Shown here piece by piece: positions 28,021 to 37,093 of a stretch of DNA of 64,000 nucleotides. The stretch is from Pseudomonadota bacterium (GTDB lineage: Bacteria; Desulfobacterota; Binatia; Binatales; Binataceae), in NCBI GenBank assembly GCA_021323675.1, contig JAJPKP010000070.1, forward strand, positions 147,887-211,886, written 5' to 3'. Position numbers and translations under genes: made by a program. How positions within the stretch are numbered: the stretch's first letter is position 1; every line of letters starts with the position of its first letter. Below the pieces are notes generated by a model, which had not been told where the DNA came from, made no database searches, and saw nothing but the letters and a program-made list of their open reading frames with translations.

Positions 28021-30318
28021 TTAATCGGCCGCGGCCGACTGTGTTTCCTCAGCCGCGCGCTTCTTCAGGATCGCTTTGAGCAGCCGTGGCGGAGACATCG
28101 GCGTTTCAGTCATCCGTACTCCGACCGCGCGATAGATTGCGTTCGCCAGAGCCGCGGGCGGCGGAACAATCGAAACTTCGCCCACACCGCGAACTCCGAG
28201 AGGATGGCCGGGGTTGGGTACCTCGACCAAGATCGTCTCGATCAGCGGCAGATCGAGGCAGGTCGGCATCCGATAGTCGAGCAACCCAGTGTTACGCAGG
28301 ATTCCCTTTTGGTCGTAGAAGTACTCTTCGTTGAGACCCCATCCGATTCCCTGCGCGGTGCCGCCCTGCATCTGACCTTCGACATAACTTGGATGGATAG
28401 CTTTGCCGACGTCCTGAGCGATGGTGCATCGCAGGATCTGAACCTTGCCGGTATCCGGGTCGACCTCGACATCGACGCAGGTCGTGGCAAAAGCGGGACC
28501 GACGCCGCGCGCGTTTACGCTGGCGCGACCGATAATCGGACCGCCGGTACGAGCGAGCTTGGTTGCCATCTCCTTGATTGTCATCGGCGCCTTGCCTTCG
28601 GCCTTTTCTTTCAGGCTGAGCACGCCGTCGTGCAACTCAACGTCTTCAGGCTTGACCTCCCATACCTTGGCCGCACGCTCGCGCAGTTGCCGGGCGGCAT
28701 CCTGCGCCGCTTCGTACACCGCCATTCCTGTAGCGAAGGTGACGCGGCTTCCGCCGGTGACATCGGTATGTCCAATCGAATCCGTGTCGGCAACGAGCGG
28801 CCGAACGTCGGTTACCGGCAGGCCCAGCACTTCAGCCGTGATCATTGCCATCGAGGCTCGCGACCCCCCGATATCGGGCGAGCCGGTTACGACGCTGGCG
28901 GTGCCGTCGGTGTGGATGTTCACGGTGGCCGACGACTGCATGCCGGCATTGAACCAGAAGCCGGAGGCAACTCCGCGCCCGCGATAGGGGCCGCTGAGCG
29001 GAGATTTGTAATGGTCGCTGTTCTTGATCGCTTCGCAGGTTTCAATGAATCCAATGCGTCTGAACGGAGGCCCGACTACCTGCGGCGATCCCTCCTTGAC
29101 GCCGTTCTGGATTCGGAGGTCGAGCGGGTCGATTCCGCATTTCTCCGCGAGCTCATCGATCACGGTTTCGCTGGCCATCGCGGCGTTGCTGGCGCCGGGC
29201 GCGCGGTAGGCCGCGGTCTTCGGCCGGTTGACGACAACGTCGTACGCGTCGATCTGAAGGTTTTCGATGGTGTACGGAGCGAGGATGGTCATGGCGCCGG
29301 CGCCGACTGGAGATCCCGGGAAGGCGCCCGCTTCGTAAGCCATCCAGACTTGCGCGGCGACAATTTTGCCGTCGCGGGTCGCGCCCATTTTCACCTTGAT
29401 CTTCGAGCCCGAGGTCGGTCCGCTGGCGCGTAGAACCTCCGACCGCGTCATCACCAGCTTCACGGGATGACCGGTCTTCTTGGACAGCAGCACGGAAAGC
29501 GGCTCGAGGTAGATGGTGGTCTTTCCGCCGAATCCGCCGCCGATTTCCGCCGGGACAACCTTGATCTTGCCGACCGGAACGCCGAGCACCTGGGCGCTCA
29601 ACGAGCGGACATCGAAAGCTCCCTGCGTCGAGCAGTAAATCGTCGCTTGTCCGTCGGCGTTGTAGATGCCCACGGCGTTGTGGGGCTCGATGTACCCCTG
29701 ATGGACCATCGCGGTGTTGAACTCGCGCTCGACGACGTAATCGGCGGCCCTGAAGCCGGCTTCGACGTCGCCGCGCTTGAACTGGTAATGCTGCGCGACG
29801 TTGGTCTGTTTGTCGCCTTCCTCGCGATTGCGGAGATCCGGGAGCAGAATCGGCGCGCCGGGCTTCATCGCCGCGTCCACCGTCATCGCCGGTTCGAGGA
29901 CTTCGTAGTCGACTTCGATGAGCTTGAGTGCTTCTTCCGCGATATGCGGGCTGGTCGCGGCGACGGCGGCAATGGCATGGCCGTCGTAGAGCACCTTGTC
30001 GCGCGCGAGGATGTTCATCGACAAATAGTGCGGATTGATTGCCATCTCGCCCGCCTGCTCCAGCCGGTTGGCGGCCTCCGGCAGGTCGGCAGCGGTGACT
30101 ACCGCCTTCACACCCGGCAGCTTGAGGGCCTTGTCGGTCTTGATCGATTTGATCCGGGCGTGCGCGTGCGGGCTGCGCAGCACCTTGCCGAACAGCATGC
30201 CAGGGAAGGCATAGTCCGCGCCGTACTTGGCGCGGCCGATAACCTTGTCGATCCCATCGTGACGGATCGGCCGGGTGCCGATTACCTTGAACTTGCCGTT
30301 AGAAGTGGTCGCTTCCAT
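28021..30318 (-). CDS. Xanthine dehydrogenase / aldehyde oxidase-family molybdopterin-binding large subunit (CoxL-like, not form I)
   Basis: The protein is 765 aa with Mo-hydroxylase large-subunit domains. The active-site loop reads AYRAPGAS. It does not read AYXCSFR, so it is not a form-I CO dehydrogenase. Confidence 0.9.
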   Translation of the reverse strand: MEATTSNGKFKVIGTRPIRHDGIDKVIGRAKYGADYAFPGMLFGKVLRSPHAHARIKSIKTDKALKLPGVKAVVTAADLPEAANRLEQAGEMAINPHYLSMNILARDKVLYDGHAIAAVAATSPHIAEEALKLIEVDYEVLEPAMTVDAAMKPGAPILLPDLRNREEGDKQTNVAQHYQFKRGDVEAGFRAADYVVEREFNTAMVHQGYIEPHNAVGIYNADGQATIYCSTQGAFDVRSLSAQVLGVPVGKIKVVPAEIGGGFGGKTTIYLEPLSVLLSKKTGHPVKLVMTRSEVLRASGPTSGSKIKVKMGATRDGKIVAAQVWMAYEAGAFPGSPVGAGAMTILAPYTIENLQIDAYDVVVNRPKTAAYRAPGASNAAMASETVIDELAEKCGIDPLDLRIQNGVKEGSPQVVGPPFRRIGFIETCEAIKNSDHYKSPLSGPYRGRGVASGFWFNAGMQSSATVNIHTDGTASVVTGSPDIGGSRASMAMITAEVLGLPVTDVRPLVADTDSIGHTDVTGGSRVTFATGMAVYEAAQDAARQLRERAAKVWEVKPEDVELHDGVLSLKEKAEGKAPMTIKEMATKLARTGGPIIGRASVNARGVGPAFATTCVDVEVDPDTGKVQILRCTIAQDVGKAIHPSYVEGQMQGGTAQGIGWGLNEEYFYDQKGILRNTGLLDYRMPTCLDLPLIETILVEVPNPGHPLGVRGVGEVSIVPPPAALANAIYRAVGVRMTETPMSPPRLLKAILKKRAAEETQSAAAD

Positions 30319-30350
30319 AGGTATGACCTCTCTGAGCTTCGCAAGTCGTG

Positions 30351-30851
30351 TTAAGCGGCGCGGTTCGGGCGCGCTCCCGATTTCATCGCTTTGGCCGCAT
30401 CGAGCACCGCGCGAACTATCTTGTCATAGCCGGTGCACCGGCACAGGTTCCCGGCCAGCGCGTATCGGACTTCCTGTTCGGTCGGGTCGGGATTGCGGTT
30501 GAGCAGAGCGGTGGCAGACACCAGGATTCCCGGCGTGCAGATTCCGCACTGCAGGCTCGCATGTTCCAGGAACTTCTGCTGCAAGGGATGCAGCGCGGTG
30601 CCATCGGCGAGCCCCTCAACGGTACGAATATTCTTGCCCTGGGCCTCGACCCCGAGCATCAGGCACGAGCACACCGCACGCCCATCAACCAGCACGCTGC
30701 AGGCGCCGCAATCTCCGGTGAGGCATCCTTCCTTGCTGCCGGTCAGTTCGAGCACATCGCGCAGGCATTCGAGCAGGCTCTGGCGCGGTTCGCAGAGAAA
30801 CTCGACCGCTTCGCCATTGATGGTGGTTTCAACCAGCGTCTTCTTGGACAT
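30351..30851 (-). CDS. (2Fe-2S)-binding small subunit of the molybdenum hydroxylase (CoxS-like)
   Basis: It has two 2Fe-2S motifs, CLTGDCGACSV and CGICTPG...CRCTGY. Confidence 0.9.
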   Translation of the reverse strand: MSKKTLVETTINGEAVEFLCEPRQSLLECLRDVLELTGSKEGCLTGDCGACSVLVDGRAVCSCLMLGVEAQGKNIRTVEGLADGTALHPLQQKFLEHASLQCGICTPGILVSATALLNRNPDPTEQEVRYALAGNLCRCTGYDKIVRAVLDAAKAMKSGARPNRAA

Positions 30852-30872
30852 TCTTCTTTCGCCTCTTGCGCG

Positions 30873-31742
30873 TTAGCGTTTGCGGGCGCGTTCCGCCGCG
30901 ATTGTCAGGACACGCCGCGTCAGCACGCCGGTTACGTGACGTCGATATTCAGCCGTCCCGCGCATGTCATCGATGGGGGAGCTTGCCTCGCTGGCCAGCC
31001 GTGCGGCCGTCTCCAGCGCCGCGTCATCCAGCTTCTTTCCGGCCAGCGACTCCGATGCTTTCTGCGCGAACAGCGGAGTCGCGGCGACCGCGCCCAGACC
31101 GATTCGCGCGGCCTTAACCTTGTCGCCATCGAGCGTCACCGACGCGCCGACGCCGACGACGGCGATATCCATTTCGTTGCGCGGGATGAAACGCAGATAG
31201 GCATCGCTGGAGTGGGGCGCGGGAGCGGGGATCAGAAGCTGCACCAGCAGTTCCCCGGGCTTCAGCACCGTGCGTCCCGGGGACACGACGAATTCTTCAA
31301 CCGGCACTTCGCGCTCGCCGCGCGGCCCGGCGATTCGCGCCCGCGCCTTGAGCGCGATCAGCGCCGGCGTGCTGTCCGCCGCGGGGGAACCGTTGCAGAG
31401 ATTGCCTCCGACCGACGCGCGATTTTGAATCTGCAGCGATCCGATCAGGTGAGCCGCTTCGGTCAGGCCCGGGTAATTCCGGCGCATCTCCTCATTCTCG
31501 GCGATATCGATGCACGAGACTGCCGCGCCCAGCCGCAACCCTGCCCTGGCGCTAAACTTCAGCTCGCGCAACTCCTTGATCTTTTTGATATCGACGACGA
31601 ACTCGGGCTGGCGAACACCCGCGCGCATCTGGATCAGGAGGTCGGTGCCGCCGCACAACGGGCGGGCTTTCTCGCCATGCGCCTTCATCAACTTGAGCGC
31701 ATCGGCGAGCGTGGACGGAGATTCGTAGTTGAAAGCGTGCAA
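30873..31742 (-). CDS. FAD-binding medium subunit of the molybdenum hydroxylase (CoxM-like)
   Basis: It has the FAD_binding_5 and CO_deh_flav_C pattern (LCGGTDLL...). It has a GGAGG RBS. Confidence 0.85.
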   Translation of the reverse strand: MHAFNYESPSTLADALKLMKAHGEKARPLCGGTDLLIQMRAGVRQPEFVVDIKKIKELRELKFSARAGLRLGAAVSCIDIAENEEMRRNYPGLTEAAHLIGSLQIQNRASVGGNLCNGSPAADSTPALIALKARARIAGPRGEREVPVEEFVVSPGRTVLKPGELLVQLLIPAPAPHSSDAYLRFIPRNEMDIAVVGVGASVTLDGDKVKAARIGLGAVAATPLFAQKASESLAGKKLDDAALETAARLASEASSPIDDMRGTAEYRRHVTGVLTRRVLTIAAERARKR

Positions 31743-31931
31743 GGGAGAATTATCCTCCGGATAAGGCGTGGGTCAGTCCAGCCTTCGATCCCTTTAGATA
31801 GCGCAGTTTCCCCCGCCGCGAAAAGGGTGCGAAGGTCGCAAATTGAAACTTTTGCGCGATGCCGATTTCTCCATCAACCCGCAAAAACACCGGGTAGCAC
31901 GAAGGGCACGCTGTCCTTGCCCTGGCGGGGA

Positions 31932-33026
31932 CTAGTCCTTGAAGCCCAGCCTTCGCGCGATACGAGCTGCGGCGCAAGCAAGCGCTGGAGCGTGAGTGCC
32001 CATGTTGGCAAAACGCGGGTCGGTGGTCTGTCCGCGCACGTAGCGCACATATATCTGCTCAACCACGGTCGCGTTCTTCCAGTGCGCCCACGCCCAGTAA
32101 AAGGGGATATTGGCAAGGTCGCGTCCGGTCCGCTTCGCGTAACGCTGCATGAGCTCATCGCGCGACATAAAGCCCGGCGCAAGCGTGTGTACTTCGCCTT
32201 CTCCGGTGGCAAGCAAATCTTCGGGGTCGCTCTTCTCGCGCCAGTAGCCGAGCGAGGTTCCGAAATCCACCAGCGGGTCGCCGATGGTGGCCATCTCCCA
32301 ATCGAACACGCCGACGATCTTCCCCGGATCGTTGAAGTCGATCATCACGTTGTGCAGGTAGAAGTCGTTGTGGATAAGCGCCGGCGGCGGAGACTCGGGC
32401 ATATTCTCGAGAAACCATGCGCCGAGCTTTTCCATCAGCGGCACCTCGCGCGTTTTCGCCTTCTCCCACCTGCTCATCCATCCGGTGATCTGCCGCTTCA
32501 GAAATCCTTCCGGCTTGCCGAACTCGCCGAGGCCGATCTCTTTGTAGTCCACGGCGTGGAGGTCGGCGAGGGTATCTACGAACGCTTCGGACAACCGCCG
32601 CAGCGAAGGAGGATCCTTGGGGAGTTCAGGCGGAAGCGGCTGGCGCATCCTGACCAGCAGGCCTTTGCGGCGCTCCATCACAAAGAACGGCGCTCCGATT
32701 ACCGAGGTATCGTCGCAGAACACCATCGCGCGCGGCGCCGGCTTGAATGCCTGCCACACGCGGGAGAGGACGCGATACTCGCGGCTCATGTCGTGTCCGC
32801 CGACCGGCAGGGGCCCGAACGGCGGCCGGCGCATCACCCATTCCCGGTCGCCGAAGCGAAGGAGGTAGGTGAGGTTGGAATGTCCACCGCGAAACTGCTG
32901 CACGGTCAGCGGCCGGTCAGCGTCGGGCAACTTGTCGCGCAGATATGCGGCCAGCTTCGACCAATCGAGCTGTTCTTCCTCACGAACGTCGCCAAATTCC
33001 GGAGTTATGCCCACCGAGTTTGCCAT
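31932..33026 (-). CDS. Phosphotransferase-family protein (APH-like kinase) that is typically paired with acyl-CoA dehydrogenases
   Basis: It has the Brenner/APH motifs HNDFYLHNVMI and VFDWEMATIGDPLVD. It lies immediately downstream of an acyl-CoA dehydrogenase gene. The start is the ATG at 33026 inside the longer track ORF. Confidence 0.8.
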   Translation of the reverse strand: MANSVGITPEFGDVREEEQLDWSKLAAYLRDKLPDADRPLTVQQFRGGHSNLTYLLRFGDREWVMRRPPFGPLPVGGHDMSREYRVLSRVWQAFKPAPRAMVFCDDTSVIGAPFFVMERRKGLLVRMRQPLPPELPKDPPSLRRLSEAFVDTLADLHAVDYKEIGLGEFGKPEGFLKRQITGWMSRWEKAKTREVPLMEKLGAWFLENMPESPPPALIHNDFYLHNVMIDFNDPGKIVGVFDWEMATIGDPLVDFGTSLGYWREKSDPEDLLATGEGEVHTLAPGFMSRDELMQRYAKRTGRDLANIPFYWAWAHWKNATVVEQIYVRYVRGQTTDPRFANMGTHAPALACAAARIARRLGFKD

Positions 33027-33213
33027 TTGAAGATGTATGCCAAAAAAGCCGATGCCTGCGCTACACGCGCGAGTCCTGCCCTCGAGGTGGTGGTGCCTGG
33101 TCCGGCGGCAGCCGGGCGGCTGTGGCGAGAAGGTATGTGGAAGGCGGGAACCCTCGAGCAGGGCGCCGAGACTTCTCAGCGCCCTGCCCTGAGATGCTGA
33201 CTCGGTTATCGCG

Positions 33214-34404
33214 CTATTGCCACTGGCGGAGTTCGCGGCGCGCGATGGTCTGGCGATGGACTTCGTCAGGACCGTCTGCGATGCGCAGGGCGCGGCTGTC
33301 GCGCCAGAAGCGGGCGATCGGGAAATCGTCGCTGACGCCGGCGGCGCCGAAAAGCTGGATCGCGCGGTCAAGCACGCGCATCACCATGTTCGCCGCCATC
33401 ACCTTGATCATCGAGATTTCCTTGCGCGCTTCCTTCTTGCCCGCGGTGTCCATCTTCCACGCCGCGTTCATAACCATCAGGCGCGTCGAGTCGATCTCGA
33501 TTCTCGATTCGGCGATCCATTCCTGGATGTTCGACTTGTCGGCGAGCAGGCTGCCGTGGGTCCATCGCGTGTTGGCCCGCTTGCACATGAGTTCGAGCGC
33601 TCGCTCGGCGATGCCAATCGTTCGCATGCAGTGATGGATCCGCCCGGGGCCGAGACGGGCCTGCGAAATCGCGAAGCCGTCGCCTTCGCGGCCGAGGATG
33701 TTGGTCACCGGAACTTTGCAGTCCTTGTAAATGATCTCGCAGTGGCCGCCACCGCCGATATGCCCCATCACGGGAACCGGGCGTACCAGGTTGAAGCCGG
33801 GAGCATCGGTCGGAACGATAATCTGGCTGGCGCGACGATGAGGCTCGGCGTCCGGATCGGTCACCACCATCGCGATTGCGAAGGCCGCGCCGATTGCGCC
33901 AGAGGTGAACCACTTGTGCCCGTTGATCACATAGTAATCGCCCTCGCGGACGGCGCGGGTCTTGAGCTGAGTCGGGTCTGATCCCGGAGTATCCGGCTCG
34001 GTCATCGAGAAACAGGTGCGGATTTCACCATCGAGGCAGGGCTTGAGCCAGCGCTGTTTCTGCTCGTCAGTGCCGAACTCCGCAAGAATTTCCATGTTGC
34101 CGGTATCGGGCGCCATACAGTTGAAGGCGCGCGCGCCGAGCGGGCTGCGGCCCATCAGCTCGCAGAGCGGAGCGTACTCGTGGTTATTGAGGCCGGCGCC
34201 GAACTTTTTGTCGGGAAGGAAGAGGTTCCAAAGCCCTTCGGCTTTGGCCTTCTTCCTGATGTCTTTCATAATCGGATGTTCTTCGTGAGAGTCGGCGCGC
34301 TCGTGGGCCAGCACTTCCTTCTCGGCGGGATAGACGTACTGATCCATAAACGCGGCGACGCGTTTGCGGAGGTCTTCAGACTTCGGGCTTAGCGAAAAAT
34401 CCAT
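33214..34404 (-). CDS. Acyl-CoA dehydrogenase
   Basis: It has all three acyl-CoA dehydrogenase domains and a C-terminal catalytic-base region. Confidence 0.9.
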   Translation of the reverse strand: MDFSLSPKSEDLRKRVAAFMDQYVYPAEKEVLAHERADSHEEHPIMKDIRKKAKAEGLWNLFLPDKKFGAGLNNHEYAPLCELMGRSPLGARAFNCMAPDTGNMEILAEFGTDEQKQRWLKPCLDGEIRTCFSMTEPDTPGSDPTQLKTRAVREGDYYVINGHKWFTSGAIGAAFAIAMVVTDPDAEPHRRASQIIVPTDAPGFNLVRPVPVMGHIGGGGHCEIIYKDCKVPVTNILGREGDGFAISQARLGPGRIHHCMRTIGIAERALELMCKRANTRWTHGSLLADKSNIQEWIAESRIEIDSTRLMVMNAAWKMDTAGKKEARKEISMIKVMAANMVMRVLDRAIQLFGAAGVSDDFPIARFWRDSRALRIADGPDEVHRQTIARRELRQWQ

Positions 34405-34668
34405 CGGCTACTCTCAACTTGAGTGGTTTATTCCGGAATTCATAACTCACTTGGAAAACAAAGAGAAGTGGCGCGAGAGCGCGCCGATGCGCGCGCTTGC
34501 GTTTCGCGGATTCTTCCGTGTGAGGACGCCGAGTGCAGCGGTGTGCGCGCCGCGGACCGGTCGGCAGACCGGTCCATGCGCGCACGACTATCGCCGGACC
34601 GAATTGTCGCGGGTTGTCCGGCGGCTTTCCGCCGCGATCTGCCCCGCCACTTTGCGATACATTCCGAT

Positions 34669-35043
34669 TTACCCGGCTTGCTTTGCCATCGCTCGATGCG
34701 CGGCGGCGAGGATTTTGTCCTGTTCGGCGGCTTTCTGAAACGCCTTCGCCAGGTTCTCGCAATGATTGGCCATCCCGACCGGCTTCATCGACTTGAAGGC
34801 CTCGTAACTCTTGGCCGCCGAAAGATGCAGCTTGGCCTTCGCTTCGTTCTCAGCGGCCTCTTTGTCGTAATACTCGGCGATCGCTTCGTGGTCGGCCGGC
34901 GTTTTTGCATTAGCGATCGCCTGCGCCAGATTGTCATCGGTGACAGTAGTCTGCTGGCCCAAGGCCTGGTGAGAGGAAAACGTCCATACCCCAAGCATCA
35001 GCAAGAATGCGGTGGCCGCCAGAGTCACGATACGCGATTTCAT
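34669..35043 (-). CDS. Small secreted alpha-helical protein (signal peptide plus about 100 aa), hypothetical
   Basis: The signal peptide is MKSRIVTLAATAFLLMLGVWTFSSHQALG. The mature part is rich in A/K/E helices. Confidence 0.5.
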   Translation of the reverse strand: MKSRIVTLAATAFLLMLGVWTFSSHQALGQQTTVTDDNLAQAIANAKTPADHEAIAEYYDKEAAENEAKAKLHLSAAKSYEAFKSMKPVGMANHCENLAKAFQKAAEQDKILAAAHRAMAKQAG

Positions 35044-35226
35044 ACGTAATCCTCCTTTACCGGGTCATGTCTTTCGATTGCCACAATCCGCAACTGGTCC
35101 TAGCCTTTATACTATGCGGAGGGCCTTCATAGTTATCGGCTCGGCAGGCGCGATAGCGATTGCATGAACCGACGGATTCAAATGCGCGGCCCAAGCAAAT
35201 CAGATCGCGCCTCGCACGGAGCTTCG

Positions 35227-35619
35227 ATGTTGCGCGCGATCGTTGCCTCGAATACGCTCCGCTGTGTGATACGCCGGATTGTCACTTTTGCGCTGGCGTT
35301 CCTTCTGCTGATCAGCGCATACGGCCCGGCCTGCGCGGGGCTCCCCGGGTTCAATACGACCGCGTGCTGCGGTGCCGGGTGCGCGAGTGCGGGACAGTCG
35401 GCCAAAGCGCTGCACTGTTGTCAGACGGCGAGCGGCCAGAGCGCGCAGGAAGTTGTACCCGTTCACAACTTTGCGCCGGACCATTTCCAGCGGACAATCT
35501 CAAGCGGAATCGCCGTTTCGGTTCCTCATCTTCAAGCGGATCGATGGGCGTTCACGGAAGTCCACGCACCTCCCGGACTGGCGCCGTCCCCCGAAAATCT
35601 CTGTTGTCTCCAAATCTGA
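35227..35619 (+). CDS. Possible small Cys-rich exported or membrane protein; a weak call
   Basis: This frame gives a hydrophobic helix (IVTFALAFLLLISAYGPACAG) followed by three CC pairs (TACCGAGCASAG...HCCQTASG...NLCCLQI). The overlapping ORF 35160..35642 in another frame is Arg-rich junk. GC3 in this frame is only moderate. Confidence 0.3.
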   Translation: MLRAIVASNTLRCVIRRIVTFALAFLLLISAYGPACAGLPGFNTTACCGAGCASAGQSAKALHCCQTASGQSAQEVVPVHNFAPDHFQRTISSGIAVSVPHLQADRWAFTEVHAPPGLAPSPENLCCLQI

Positions 35620-35788
35620 TCTCGCCGATCGCGGTCCTTTAGCGCGTCGAGGCCGTTAGCGCCCGCCTGCCAGCGGCGCGAGAAGGTCCCCGATGCACAC
35701 GGCTGCCGGGCGCATGACGCGCCCGGTTCGAATTGCCATGCAGCGGGCAACGAGCCTTCCGCATGGCCGAGAACGATAGGTGAGAAAA

Positions 35789-37093
35789 ATGGCGTCGTAC
35801 GCAGGCTTTCAGCGTTCGATCTTCAGCTACGCGCTGGCGTCGCTGTTTGCGACGGTTTTGTTGACCGCGCCGGCTCGCGGACAGGCTTCGGCAGGCGATT
35901 CGAGTCTATCGCCGACGAGTGTCGATGCGCTGGTGGCGGAGGCGATGCGCTCAAATCCCGAGATTGCCGCGGCGCGCAGCCGATGGCGCGGAGCTTCCAA
36001 AATTCCGCGGCAGGTCGCAACGCTCGACGACCCGCAGGTGTTTGTGCAGGAGTTTACGGTCGGCAGCCCAGCGCCCGCTTCAGGCTACGAGACCAGCGAC
36101 TTTTACTACACCGGATTCGGCGCCGCCCAGGACATCCCCGGTCCCGGCAAACTTAAGCTTCGCGCGCAACGAGCGGAGAAGGATGCGGAATATGCGCGCG
36201 CGAGCCTCGAGTCGACGGAAAGGCGCATCGCGGAAAAAGTACGCGAGACCGCGTTCAACCTCTTTTATCTCGAACAATCCGCCCAGTTGCTTCAACAAAC
36301 ACGCGACGAGCTTTTGACGATCGAACAGACCGCCGAGCAGCAGTACCGCACGGGGATGGGCCAGCAGCAGGACGTGCTCAAGGCTCAGCTTGCCGCGACC
36401 TCCATCGTCAAGGACCTCGAGACAAATCGCGAAGATATCGAGTCGGCCGAGGCGAGCCTGAAGGCGATGCTGGGACGGGAGGGAGACTCGCGCGATATCG
36501 AGATCGCATCCGTGACGCCTACCGCTCTGAAGCTCGACGACGCGCAGCTTGGCCAAGCAGCCGACACTGCATCGTCAGAGGTCAGGATGGCGCGGGCGAT
36601 GGTTTCGAGCAGCCAGGCTTCGCTTGAACTGGCGCATCGCAACTACTGGCCCGACTTCAGCATCGGCTACCAATACGACAAAACCGGTCCGGGTTTCCGC
36701 GACTACTACATGCTGACCGTGGGCGCGAAAATTCCCCTGTATTTCTGGCGCAAACAGACTCCTGCGGTCGAACAGGCGGCGGAAGAAAAAGCCGCGGCCC
36801 ATAGCCAGCTCCACGCGACCAGGCTGGCCGCGTTGTCCGACCTGCGGAGCAACATGGTCGCAGTCCACACCCAGGATCGGATTGTGACGCTCTATCGCGA
36901 CGGGTTGATTCCGCAGGGCGAGGCGACGCTGGAATCCGCGCGCGCAGCCTATCGAACCGGCAAGGTCGATTTTCAAACGCTGCTGTCGGCGGTCAACGAC
37001 CTGCTGAATCTGCGCGAGGGCTATTACCGCGCGGTTGCGGATCACGAAATCGCGGTCGCGCGGGTCAAGCAGATAATTGGTGAACAGTCATGA
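35789..37093 (+). CDS. Outer-membrane efflux protein (TolC/CusC/CzcC family) of a heavy-metal RND system
   Basis: It has a signal peptide and OEP-family repeats. The ATG at 35789 follows an AGGTGA RBS. It overlaps the adaptor gene in an ATGA arrangement. Confidence 0.85.
   Translation: MASYAGFQRSIFSYALASLFATVLLTAPARGQASAGDSSLSPTSVDALVAEAMRSNPEIAAARSRWRGASKIPRQVATLDDPQVFVQEFTVGSPAPASGYETSDFYYTGFGAAQDIPGPGKLKLRAQRAEKDAEYARASLESTERRIAEKVRETAFNLFYLEQSAQLLQQTRDELLTIEQTAEQQYRTGMGQQQDVLKAQLAATSIVKDLETNREDIESAEASLKAMLGREGDSRDIEIASVTPTALKLDDAQLGQAADTASSEVRMARAMVSSSQASLELAHRNYWPDFSIGYQYDKTGPGFRDYYMLTVGAKIPLYFWRKQTPAVEQAAEEKAAAHSQLHATRLAALSDLRSNMVAVHTQDRIVTLYRDGLIPQGEATLESARAAYRTGKVDFQTLLSAVNDLLNLREGYYRAVADHEIAVARVKQIIGEQS

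Noticed and set aside
28204-29433. A 409-aa ORF antisense to the molybdoenzyme large-subunit gene. Antisense ORFs 40253..41488 (inside the RND pump gene), 60487..61473 (cysA), 61260..62351 and 62234..62977 (cysW/cysT) are of the same kind.
   Set aside because: These are shadow ORFs opposite strongly supported genes, with junk-like composition.
30348-33200. A 950-aa plus-strand ORF that spans, antisense, the 2Fe-2S subunit gene, the FAD subunit gene, the upstream intergenic gap and part of the phosphotransferase gene
   Set aside because: It is Arg/Ala/Gly-rich and low-complexity, with no domain. It lies antisense to three well-supported genes. This is a typical high-GC stop-codon-depleted shadow ORF.
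35160-35642. A 160-aa ORF in the alternative frame over the Cys-rich small-protein region
   Set aside because: The translation is Arg/Ser-rich junk without hydrophobic segments. The 35227..35619 frame is more protein-like, though it is itself weak.
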